DNA of 64,000 bases from NCBI GenBank assembly GCA_950097015.1, contig CATNEN010000024.1:4898001-4962000 (forward strand). The letters are read 5' to 3'. Source of the DNA: Macrostomum hystrix (lineage: Eukaryota; Animalia; Platyhelminthes). The notes beneath the pieces were generated by a model that had not been told where the DNA came from, made no database searches, and saw nothing but the letters and a program-made list of their open reading frames with translations. Shown in pieces: positions 1-10,660 of this stretch (the stretch's first letter is position 1; each line of letters begins with the position of its first letter). The position numbers and the translations under genes were made by a program.

Positions 1-545
1 GAGTGACATCAGCTGAGGTTAGAGTGACACGGGCATTGTCACGCATTTATTCATATTTTATTTAATTAGTGTTTTGCTGTTAAGGAAACTAAGGAAATAA
101 ATGTCTTAGTCAGCATTTTCGTAAAGTACATGGCTTTGAGTCGAGCAGTTTAGCAATTAATTAATGCAAACTTCGCGCCTTGGCCAGCTGAACGCTGAAC
201 AAAAGGTGTGCTTAGCGAAACCAGAGACCGAAACAGGCTCAACTGCTCAAACGGCTTGCTCATTTTGTCATAGCTTAGGCTATTTGAGAACGACTCGCCA
301 AAAGAATAAAATAAAATTCTAACGAGAGACTGCGCTCAGGCCGCTATGCACAGCTGTGCCAAACCACAGTCAGTCTCACCCCATTAGCAAACAGCCCGCC
401 ACACTGCAGAATGTATAAGAGTTGGATGCCTCATCAACCACCCGAGTGGCGACCCGACACTCCGCATTCTCCGTTCTCTTCTGTCACACTTATTTGATTC
501 ATTCCTAATCCTGTATTCCCGTAGCTAGGCTAAATGCACTTTTAG

Positions 546-1900
546 CTATGCAGCCGGTCACTACCGCTACGCGACGGCCGGCGACCACAGCGATGGCGCT
601 GCCTGCCAGGCAGCAGCGACGCTGGCGAAAGCCGCGGACTGCGGCGGCCAACACGGTCGACGGTCCGGCGAATTCGATGTTGCTGCCGGCGTATGCGGCT
701 CACGTGAGAGACTGTCACCTGTTAGGACTGTCACCTGTTAGGACTGTCACCTGTTAGGACTGTCACCTGTTAGGACTGTCACCTGTTAGGACTGTCACCT
801 GTTAGGACTGTCACCTGTCAGTCAGGACTGTCACCTGTTAGGACTGTCACCTGTCAGTCAGGACTGTCACCTGTTAGGACTGTCACCTGTTAGGACTGTC
901 GCCTGTTAGTCAGGACTGTCATCTGTTAGGACTGTCACCTGTTAGGACTGTCACCTGTTAGTCAGGACTGTCACCTGTTAGTCAGGACTGTCACCTGTTA
1001 GTCAGGATTGTCACCTGTTAGTCAGGACTGTCACCTGTTAGTCAGGATTGTCACCTGTTAGTCAGGACTGTCACCTGTTAGTTAAATTTAATTACTTGCT
1101 GACCGCTTCCGCCCTCTCAGCGAGCACAATGCCAGCGCGACTACGCCGTCCTGTGCAACCGCTTCCCGACCCTCTCGGCGGTGTCCGCCGTCTCGACTGC
1201 CGGTCCGCGTCATCGGCAATATCGACGCACTGCGGAGGCCAAACTCGGTAACCATGGCAACCAAGAGGAGCTTGGCGCAGATAGCGAGGATGCATTGTGG
1301 CCTAGCGGATTTGTCACCAGCCTTCACAGACCCACGTTTGGACAGCAGCAAGCAGCTACAGCAGTAGGTATTTCGGCAGGTGCATACCTGTTATTTGTTA
1401 CCTTCATCTGACTCAGAAATCTGAGCAATCCCACTCATTCGACAGCATCAACTCCAGCGTTATCAGCAGCGGCGCTCGCAGCACCTGCCGGCGCAGCACG
1501 GCCTCAGCCGCGGCCGCAGCCTGCCGCACTTCAGCGGCGCCGACAACACCGACGAGGACACCTTCAACGAGGTCGAAAATTTCAACGACGCCGCTTCCGC
1601 GTCGACTTCATCATCGGCTGAGGCGGACGGCGTCGGCCGTCTGCGTCGCCGACTTCGCCTGGACGCCTGGCGACTCTGCGATCTGCTTCGTCGGCGTGGC
1701 TTCGGCGACCCGCGCCAGAATCATCAGCTGGGCGACGACGCCGATGGCGGCGATGGTCGACGTCGCCAGCGACGCTCCGGTCCTCGCATTCGCGAGGTGC
1801 GCTTTCACAACCATTCCACCAGCGTCTCCGGCTGGTTCGCCAGGCGCGACCTCGGCACCGGCGTCTCCGCTGCTAGGCCGGCGACTCTCAGCGTTGCTTA
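546..1900 (+). CDS. Probable 3' exons of an unidentified gene entering from the left (approx. 546-690, 1121-1367, ~1426/1446-1900)
   Basis: Three GC-rich blocks with C/G-ending codons (YAAGHYRYATAGDHSDG..., RAQCQRDYAVLCNRFPTLS..., HFSGADNTDEDTFNEVENF...TLSVA*). Bounded by tttag| at 545, |gtatgc at 691, ctctcag| at 1120 and |gtattt at 1368. The last acceptor is ambiguous and no domain was recognised. Confidence 0.35.
710..1081. repeat. Minisatellite GGACTGTCACCTGTTA (16 nt; 20-nt variant with added GTCA)
   Basis: Direct reading of the tandem units; fills the putative intron between 690 and 1121. Confidence 0.95.
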
Positions 1901-2164
1901 GCAACCAACCAAACTTCTCGAATGACGTGACCTATAATTCTAGGACTTATTTATTTTAGAGTGTCTGAATCTGTAGTAGCAACTATATTACTTCAGTAGC
2001 TGCGGTTGTATCAGGAGTCAGCACCACCGTTTGTGACTGTGCTGTTAGTGTTTCTGTTTCTTTGATTCTATTTTTAGAACCGAAAATGTACACACTGAGC
2101 TTGGAGGTTTGAATTGGAACACCGGCAGGTGGAAAAAGTAGTGAATCATTTTTTTCAATCAATC

Positions 2165-2455
2165 AGTGATTAGAGCGTCGGACTCATGACTTTAAGGTCG
2201 GGGGTTCGATTCCGAACTCCACTGGAACAATTTGTGTCCAATAGGCTATAGTAAGACACTTAACTCTGCATTGCTTCAGTCACCCAGCTGTTAAATGGGC
2301 ACCAGTAGTAGCTGGGTTAATTTACGGTGGGGGTGGCGTAGCCGCAGTCCATGGACTGAACAGCCGTACGCAGCGTTCAGGTGCGCCGCGCAATAGCTGC
2401 GGCTGTGTTGCCGGCTGCACATTTGGTCAGATTTGACAGGTGTATGCAATTATTA
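2165..2455 (+). mobile_element. tRNA-derived SINE, copy 1 (5'-eroded)
   Basis: B box GGTTCGATTC, then ttaactctgcattgc...cacccagctgttaaatggg, palindrome cagtccatggactg and an AT-rich tail. Colinear with the reverse complement of 32608-32905 over ~290 nt. Confidence 0.85.
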
Positions 2456-3009
2456 TTTTTTATTATGGACTGAACAGTTGTGCACCATATTTGAAAGTTG
2501 CAGCTGTCATTCGACGATGCAACAATACTACTTACTAACCAGTAGTGTGGGTGTTAGCAGTATTCATTTTTTTGCAGCGAAAATTTCAATTCAATTCAAT
2601 TCAAGTTTATTTGAAAAAATATGTTTTGTGTGCTGTTTCGTACCGAGAGGAAAAACTATTGGCAAAAATGACTTCACATTGTGAAACAGCCTCGCATGCG
2701 AAATTGTAGAGACATTGAAGTGCAGACCTTCAACCAACTATACAACAGATCACAAAATGCCCGGGTGACAAATTTATTGTTTCATCTGGAAAAGAGAACG
2801 GAAGCCATGCACAATTATTCAGAGACAAAAAGAAAACAAATTTATAAATCATAACTTTTTAAGCTTGCATGAAGGAGATAATCGCATTTTTTCTCGCACC
2901 ACGTACGTCGTAAAAGTCACAGTCTATCGTTTTTGTAGGATTTAGAGGGTCCAGGTTTATTGTGTGCACTTTTAAATCGTAAGAAAGAATCATCTGTAGG
3001 GTCAATATA

Positions 3010-3552
3010 ACGGCCGCCTCACTCCTCGCCTCCTCTAAAGCGTCAATTAAACAGCCACCTCACTCCTCGCCTCCTCTAAAGCGTCAATTAAACAGTCGCC
3101 TCACTCCTCGCTATTCTAAAGCTTCAATTAAACAGCCACCTCACTCCTCGCTGTTCTAAAGTGTCAATAAAACAGCCACCTCACTCCTCGCCTCCTCTAA
3201 AGCGTCAATTAAACAGTCGCCTCACTCCTCGCTATTTTAAAGCTTCAATTAAACAGCCACCTCACTCCTCGCTGTTCTAAAGTGTCAATAAAAAAGCCAC
3301 CTCACTCCTCGCTATTCTAAAGGGTCAATAAAACGGCCACCTCACTCCTCGCTATCCTAGAGTGTCAATAAAACAGCCACCTCACTCCTCGCCATTCTAA
3401 AGCGTCAATTAAACAGCCACCTCACTCCTCGCTGTTCTAAAGGGTCAATAAAATAGCCACCTCACTTCTCGCTATTCTAAAGGGTCAATAAAACAGCCAC
3501 CTCACTCCACGCTGTTCTAAAGGGTCAATAAAAAGCCACCTCACTCCTGGCT
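3010..3552. repeat. Minisatellite, ~40-nt unit (AAACAGCCACCTCACTCCTCGCTATTCTAAAGCGTCAATT)
   Basis: About 13 diverged tandem units. Confidence 0.95.
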
Positions 3553-3679
3553 TCAGTACAAAAAAGCGATAATACCTTTCCTCTGCGATCTTTCTGCCAG
3601 TTGATTTGCATCTGGAGTTGGACTAAGGTAGTCAACAGTCCCAAAACTGAGAAAATGTGTCAATTAAAAAAGTTGTAAT

Positions 3680-4105
3680 CTACTTGGCCAGTTCGCCACT
3701 AGCTTTTGCAGCCTTCAGCTTCTCGTGCCGATACAGGGTATAGGTGAGCACAGCTGATAGCATGATGGAGCCCAGACTCAGCACCGAGATGCCCACCAGG
3801 ATACAGACGTCCATCTGTCTGCCGAGCTTATAATAATAGATGGCGTTCCTTTCGTTATCCCTGGCTGTGAGGTTGTCATCCTGCGAGTACTGCCTGGGCA
3901 CCAGGTAGCCAAAGCTAATGAGCACAATTCCCAGAATGAGCAGAGCAATCGACAGGCAGCTGGAGAACTCCAGTGGATCCTCGCGCGGAGTCACGCACAT
4001 CATTCGACAGCAGCACAAGAGCTCCTGTTGCTGCTGCCGCTGCCTCTCTGGCTGCTTCTCGTCATCCAGCTGCGACGACGCAGACGACGACTCCTCCATT
4101 GTCAT
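3680..4105 (-). CDS. TMEM74: TMEM74/neurensin-family two-TM membrane protein (~141 aa)
   Basis: Two hydrophobic helices separated by VPRQYSQDDNLTARDNER...LGRQMDVCILVGISVLSLGSIMLS, which matches from recall vertebrate TMEM74 VPREVTVDPNTVAAREMER...LGAHLDRCVIAGLCLLTLGGVILS. ATG at 4105 lies 23 nt after a ttttgttttag acceptor; the ORF-track 5' extension is unlikely to be coding. Confidence 0.8.
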   Translation of the reverse strand: MTMEESSSASSQLDDEKQPERQRQQQQELLCCCRMMCVTPREDPLEFSSCLSIALLILGIVLISFGYLVPRQYSQDDNLTARDNERNAIYYYKLGRQMDVCILVGISVLSLGSIMLSAVLTYTLYRHEKLKAAKASGELAK

Positions 4106-4767
4106 GACAACCAAGTATTCTCGTTTAACTAAAACAAAATAATAAAGCTGATCTGTTTCCCAACTTTCTTGGCTTAACTTTTTAGTATTTGGTTTTATAG
4201 AAGATTGTGCCCCTGCCAAAACCCCAGCGCCATATGCTCCACTCGGATCCAATAGCTTATTAACCCAACGGCTCTAGCTCAGCAGTCTTTTTAATCTATT
4301 GATTTCTGGCTATGCGAAGGCTTACACTTTGCCTCTCCTCTCTTCCTCTTGCTCTCTGTCAGTTTAGCAAGCCACTGTATTGTACACCGACTGCAGAATT
4401 CGTGATTAGAACTTTCATTTCTCTTCCGTATGCCATGCAACTAAGAGAATAGTTTTCAACGGAAAACAAATCTAGCAGAACAATTTCCGCTGCATTGAAG
4501 CTTGCATTAACAATTCACTTCACTGTCAGAAGTGAAGTCACAACTTTTCATTACTTTTTACCACTATTTAACGATCAACAACCGCCTACGCTACTTTTAG
4601 TAGCTAAAGAGTTTTTTAAAGAGTTTTGGAATAGAAATGGAAACGAAAACTAACCCAGATGTACAGCTAGCTGCTCAGTCACTGGACTACGTAAGAGGGG
4701 GCCGCTACAGTCACGCAAATTTCTATCCTACCTAGTGCTTGTTCACATTTTATTTCATGTTCGATGG

Positions 4768-5570
4768 AACTGTTCTATGTTAGACAGGACTGTTCTATGT
4801 TAGACAGGACTGCTCTATGTTAGACAGGACTGCTCTATGTTAGACAGAACCGGTTCTATGTTAGACAGGACTGTTCTATGTTATACAGGACTGTTCTATG
4901 TTAGACAGGACTGTTTTTTGTTAGACAGACCTGTTCGATGTTAGACAGGACTGCTCTATGTTAGACAGGACTGCTCTATGTTAGACAGGACTGTTCTATG
5001 TTAGACAGAACTGTTCTATGTTAGACAGGACTGCTCTATGTTAGACAGGACTGTTCTGTGTTAGACAGACCTGTTCTATGTTAGACAGGACTGTTCTATG
5101 TTAGACAGGACTGTTCTATGTTAGACAGGACTGTTCTATGTTAGACAGAATTGTTCTATGTTAGACAGACCTGTTCTATGTTAGACAGGACTGTTCTATG
5201 TTAGACAGAATTGTTCTATGTTAGACAGACCTGTTCTATGTTAGACAGGACTGTTCTATGTTAGACAGGACTGCTCTATGTTAGACAGGACTGTTCTGTG
5301 TTAGACAGACCTGTTCTATGTTAGACAGGACTGTTCTATGTTAGACAGGACTGCTCTATGTTAGACAGGACTGTTCTATGTTAGACAGAATTGTTCTATG
5401 TTAGACAGACCTGTTCTATGTTAGACAGACCTGTTTTATGCTGGACAGAACTGTTCTATGATAGTCAGACCTGTTCTATGTTAGACAGACCTGTTCTATG
5501 CTAGTCAGACCTGTTCTATGCTAGACAGACCTGTTCTGTGTTAGACAGACCTGTTCTATGCTAGACAGGC
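4768..5570. repeat. Minisatellite, 20-nt unit CTGTTCTATGTTAGACAGGA
   Basis: About 40 tandem units. Confidence 0.97.
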
Positions 5571-6351
5571 ATCCATTTAATTTTATAGCTAGCTCTCCTA
5601 TTAACCCAGCTCTGCTTGACAACCATTTGTTTGGCCAATGTACATTTTCCTCAACTATTAACATTTATTATCCCAGCAACAAGCATTTTCTTATCGACAC
5701 TTTATCTAACCTTGCCTTATGAGGTGTTGGTTTGCCGCTTGCTCATACTCATTCCTTTGTTCCTACCTCTCTACTTGGCATGCGTTTGTTGAGCAGAAAA
5801 AAGTTGCCTCAAAGGAAGCAGCATGTCATGTTTGATCAGTTGGTTAAGCACTTGTATTGTGAGTCACTCACAGCCTAAAGTGGCAGTTTTCTAGCACTTG
5901 TACAGCGACAACAGCCCTGTTCTGTACATCATAGACACCTCCCCAGTCCTCTATTCTGTCAAAAATCGACTGGCAGCCACTTAGGGAAGAGGGGATTTGA
6001 GAACCCTGGCCCTGCCTCCCTACGCTCTACCCTCTATTTATCTACTTTATTCTGAAGGATTTTGCCCGGAGATGGGTGGGTATGAGGGGCGGGAGATTTC
6101 CGCTCTGGGAATGGGATCTGAAACCCAGGACAGCTGCCATTGTTTGCGTGGTGGGAAAATTTTTCAGGTGAGAAGAGGAAGGTGAAGCACTGTAGGGATT
6201 AAAATCCCAATTCACTTTTTGGCCAACAGATGGGTAGAGTGAGAAACAGAACCGCTCGCTTTCTGCTCAGGAGAATAACATTGAGTTGCAAACAGGTGAG
6301 CCTATTGAAAATGTGTTTGCTAAATAATCAGTTTCTAGTTTGCTAAACTGT

Positions 6352-6842
6352 CTGGATGATCTGTCTCCATGATCTGGCTGGATGATCTAGCTGGATGGTT
6401 TGGCTGGAAGATCAGGCTAGATGATCTGTCTGGATGTGGCTAGATGATCTGTCTGGGTGTGGCTAGATGATCTGTCTGGGTGTGGCTAGATGATCTGTCT
6501 GGGTGTGGCTAGATGATCTGTCTGGGTGTGGCTAGATGATCTGTCTGGGTGTGGCTAGATGATCTGTCTGGATGTGGCTAGATGATCTGTCTGGGTGTGG
6601 CTAGATGATCTGTCTGGATGTGGCTAGATGATCTGTCTGGATGTGGCTAGATGATCTGTCTGGATGTGGCTAGATGATCTGTCTGGATGTGGCCACATGA
6701 TCTATCTGGACGTGGCTAGATGATCTATCTGGATGTGGCTAGATGATCTATCTGGACGTGGCTAGATGATCTATCTGGATGTGGCTAGATGATCTATTTG
6801 GATGTGGCTAGATGATCTATCTGGATGTGGCTAGATGGCTAG
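6352..6842. repeat. Minisatellite, 23-nt unit GATGATCTGTCTGGATGTGGCTA (array 1)
   Basis: Tandem units; same family and orientation as 10657-12152. Confidence 0.97.
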
Positions 6843-7481
6843 ATGCCCAAACTCAGACTTAAAAACCTCCACCTAAGATTGGAGGCGGTCATTGTGGTGA
6901 ATTGTACTTTCGGTATCTTTCTTTATCCTTCTATCCTTCTCTCTATTCTAAGCGGACGGAGCGATGCCGCCTTAGCGGTTAAAACTGCACCGCGCCGGCC
7001 ACCCACCCCACTCCGCTTGGCTGTCAGCGTTTAGTCTCCGCCCCACCGACCCCATCAGCCTCTATAAGTTCTGCTTCTCTTATGAGCTGAAATGAGCAGC
7101 CTTGTCTTGAAGCTAGGAGCGAAACCAACGATATCTGCCCGTGGCCGATTTGGCAAAGGCGTTTTTGCCATAGACAACCATTTCATTTCAGCCAGGTATT
7201 GGGGCTTACTCTGCCCGATAGCAGCCAAGGCGTTTTTGCCATAGACAACAGCTGCAGCGGGCGGGAACTTTAGTTTTTTTCAACGAAGGCTCTACTAGGT
7301 CGACAGCTCGCGCAAATTGATTGCTCTATAGCGGGTCTCATCCAGGAAGCCAGAAATCAACTGGCTTCAGGTATTTTTTCATTGCAAACGGAGAACGGAG
7401 ATAGACGAAATAACGAAATAGATAGCGGCAAAAATCAAAGGAATGGTGAGGGGTCAAGGAATTCTGAATACTGTAGCTGTA

Positions 7482-7568
7482 TAAAATACAGAATGCAATA
7501 CAGAATACAATACAGAATGCAATACAGAATGCAATACAGAATGCAATACAGAATGCAATACAGAATAC
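7482..7568. repeat. 12-nt tandem repeat ATACAGAATGCA
   Basis: About 7 units. Confidence 0.9.
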
Positions 7569-8213
7569 GGTATTCAGAGCACGATGTAACTAGAATGAAC
7601 AACCCCAGTAATTAAGTTCGACAGAGAACGAACATCTCTTCTCCTATTCTCAAACCTTTCTTTCTTGAGAGTGCCGGGTCTGCAACTGAAACTACACATA
7701 AGAAAAGAGATTGGAGAGGCGCAGGGGGGGAGATGCAGTTTGAAAAAACTATTATCTCAATTTAGCTAGCCATGTGTAGTACGAAGTTTCCATTCTGATA
7801 ATTTATTTAGAGTTCCTTGGTGGAGTACTATGGGTACTGTACACACGCACACGCATGCATTACAGGTCGTCATGGCGTCCACCTCACGCCAGTGTTTCTT
7901 TTAAAAGTCTCAGAATTTTTCTCCAACTTGATACCGAAGGACGGATTTTCTAGGAAATATTCAGCGGTTTATGCGAGTTAGCGGGTAAAACCGTTCATTT
8001 TTGCCAATTAATCTTAAATCCAATTAGTTGGAAATACGACTTGACTGTGGTGAGCAGCGATTGTTGCTATGCTGTTTATTAGATGAAATCTGACTCTTTA
8101 TTCCGTGAATATTTTGAGCACTCGTGATAATCTGCCCTCTGTGGCTCTATCAGACTTTAACTTAGAGATATTTAAACTACAAAGAGAAACAAAAAACTAA
8201 TAAATTTTATCAC

Positions 8214-8800
8214 AGAGAGTGACTAGATACGAGAGTTACTAGATCAGAGAGTGACTAGATACGAGAGTTACTAGATCAGAGAGTGACTAGATACGAGAGT
8301 TATTAGATCAGAGAGTGACTAGATACGAGAGTTACTAGATCAGAGAGTGACTAGATCAGAGAGTGACTAGATACGAGAGTTACTAGATCAGAGAGTGACT
8401 AGATACGAGAGTTACTAGATCAGAGAGTGACTAGATACGAGAGTTACTAGATCAGAGAGTGACTAGATACGAGAGTTACTAGATCAGAGAGTGACTAGAT
8501 ACGAGAGTTACTAGATCAGAGAGTGACTAGATACGAGAGTTACTAGATCAGAGAGTGACTAGATCCGAGAGTGACTAGATCCGAGAGTGACTAGATCCGA
8601 GAGTGACTAGATCCGAGAGTGACTAGATCCGAGAGTTACTAGATCAGAGAGTGACTAGATACGAGAGTTACTAGATCAGAGAGTGACTAGATACGAGAGT
8701 TACTAGATCAGAGAGTGACTAGATACGAGAGTTACTAGATCAGAGAGTGACTAGATCCGAGAGTGACTAGATCCGAGAGTTACTAGATCAGAGAGTGACT
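8214..8800. repeat. Dimeric minisatellite GAGTGACTAGATACGA/GAGTTACTAGATCAGA (16+16 nt)
   Basis: Alternating 16-mers forming a 32-nt unit. Confidence 0.96.
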
Positions 8801-8861
8801 GGGGATTATCCAATCAGTTGTTAGTTGAATATTACAGTCAAGTATTAGTGGTATATTCAGT

Positions 8862-9390
8862 CAGGTATTAGAGGATTCAGTCAGGTATTAGAGGATTCAG
8901 TCAGGTGTCAGAGGATTCAGTCAGGTGTCAGAGGATTCACTCAGGTGTCAGAGGATTCAGCCAGGTGTCAGAGGATTCAGTCAGCTGGTGTCAGAGGATT
9001 CAGTCAGGTGTCAGAGGATTCAGTCAGGTGTCAGAGGATTCAGTCAGGTGTCAGAGGATTCAGTCAGGTGTCAGAGGATTCAGTCAGGTGTCAGAGGATT
9101 CAGTCAGGTGTCAGAGGATTCAGTCAGGTGTCAGAGGATTCAGTCAGGTGTCAGAGGATTCAGTCAGGTGTCAGAGGATTCAGTCAGGTGTCAGAGGATT
9201 CAGTCAGGTGTCAGAGGATTCAGTCAGGTGTCAGAGGATTCAGTCAGGTGTCAGAGGATTCAGTCAGGTGTCAGAGGATTCAGTCAGGTGTCAGAGGATT
9301 CAGTCAGGTGTCAGAGGATTCAGTCAGGTGTCAGAGGATTCAGTCAGGTGTCAGAGGATTCAGTCAGGTGTCAGAGGATTCAGTCAGGTA
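8862..9390. repeat. Minisatellite, 20-nt unit GTCAGAGGATTCAGTCAGGT
   Basis: Near-perfect units; the source of spurious ORF starts at 8905, 8925 and 8945. Confidence 0.97.
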
Positions 9391-9415
9391 TTCAACCAAT
9401 TCCCTTACTTCCCAG

Positions 9416-10660
9416 ATGAGCGCCGCCGTACAGTCGCTCGAGTCCCACAGACATTGGCACCTGGGCAGGTGTCTGAGACAGAAGCAGCGCTACCTTCAAA
9501 TGCTGGCCGCAGTATGCGTGGCCCTGCTACTGCTTCGATGGCTTCTGCAAAACGACAGTCAGGGGACTCTGAGCTCTTCGAGCCCAATTCGCAGCCGGAT
9601 CCGCTCGCTTCCGCCGCCGCAGCGTCTGCCAGAGTTGCCCAGTCTGTCAGAGCTTGCAGCCAATCAGAACAATTTCAGCTATTTCTACCGGTTGGCCTGG
9701 CAACAGATGGACTCGGCGCTGTACTTTATGGACATCGGCGGCTCCGGGCTGCCCCTGATGCGGCTGTCAGCCGAGGAGGAGCCAGCCGACTTCAGGGCCA
9801 GCCGAGCTGCTCAGTGGCTTCGCGGCCAGTCCTTGGCGGTGATTGGCACAATCAGGAATGGCATGCCTGGCCTGAGGCAGACATTGAAGAATGTGCAACA
9901 ATTCTGTGCCAGATTCGCATCTTGCAGCATCGTCCTGTTGGAGAACGACTCAAACGATGGCAGTAGAAAGTTTCTCCACCGAGTCAGTCGGTCAGATCCG
10001 AGAATAACGCTGCTTGGCTGCGGCCGCGTCAACTCCCCGCAGCCCTGCCGTCTGGACTTGTCATACTCCAGCGGCAAGCGACACCGACCCGGCTCCTCAA
10101 TGCCGCGGACCACCCAGGAGGAAATTGAACGAGGCTTAATGATGTCCGCCCTGAGAAATCAGTTGTTGGCCTATGTCTATACTAGGCTAGCCAGTAACCA
10201 CAGCTTATTGGCTGTAATAGATCCCGATTTGAACTGGGACGAATGGGATCATAGGTCACTGCTGCAGGGCTTGTACTATTTTGTCGCCAGGCCTAGTCTG
10301 GACTCGCTGTGCTCGGCCTCTTATTATTATTACTGGGGCCGGAGGACTGTCTATGATCCATGCACTCTGGAATTTCAAGGCGGCGACAGCCTCGGTGGCA
10401 GAGGCGCTGAACAGCCGGAGACCGAGGCGGAGCGAAGCTCGGCGGCGTTGCATCGAGCAGCCTGGCCAGTGAAGGTCAAGTCCTGCTTCCAGGGCCTCAC
10501 ATTCTATCGAATGAGTTCGCTGAGTGCGGCTCGCCTGATGTACAGGAAGGGACACGGTGAATGGATCTGCGAGCACAATACGCTGTCTAGGCAGCTGGCT
10601 GAGAACTATCTGGACCCCAACATGCAACTGCGGGTCCGGGTGGGACCGTTCAGACTCTAG
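9416..10660 (+). CDS. Intronless type II membrane GT-A-fold glycosyltransferase (GT2/CAP59-GT69-like), 414 aa
   Basis: N-terminal TM (MLAAVCVALLLLRWLL), followed by VIGTIRN, IVLLENDSNDGS, LRNQLL, a DxD motif (VIDPD), PVKVKSCFQGLTFY and ICEH. This motif order is typical of these GT-A enzymes. ATG follows directly after a ttacttcccag acceptor. Confidence 0.75.
   Translation: MSAAVQSLESHRHWHLGRCLRQKQRYLQMLAAVCVALLLLRWLLQNDSQGTLSSSSPIRSRIRSLPPPQRLPELPSLSELAANQNNFSYFYRLAWQQMDSALYFMDIGGSGLPLMRLSAEEEPADFRASRAAQWLRGQSLAVIGTIRNGMPGLRQTLKNVQQFCARFASCSIVLLENDSNDGSRKFLHRVSRSDPRITLLGCGRVNSPQPCRLDLSYSSGKRHRPGSSMPRTTQEEIERGLMMSALRNQLLAYVYTRLASNHSLLAVIDPDLNWDEWDHRSLLQGLYYFVARPSLDSLCSASYYYYWGRRTVYDPCTLEFQGGDSLGGRGAEQPETEAERSSAALHRAAWPVKVKSCFQGLTFYRMSSLSAARLMYRKGHGEWICEHNTLSRQLAENYLDPNMQLRVRVGPFRL

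Noticed and set aside
7157-7250. 23-nt direct repeat AAGGCGTTTTTGCCATAGACAAC, two copies ~47 nt apart
   Set aside because: Only two copies and no element between them; most likely a local duplication.
8905-9415. Repeat-encoded N-terminal extension of the glycosyltransferase ORF
   Set aside because: It is a 20-nt array with a shifting frame. A strong acceptor and ATG at 9416, followed by the TM anchor, explain the protein without it.
10630-10660. Helitron 3' end (short hairpin plus CTAG) at the GT stop
   Set aside because: The stem is only ~5 bp and lies in coding sequence, CTAG is followed by A rather than T, and no 5' TC boundary or Rep/helicase was found.
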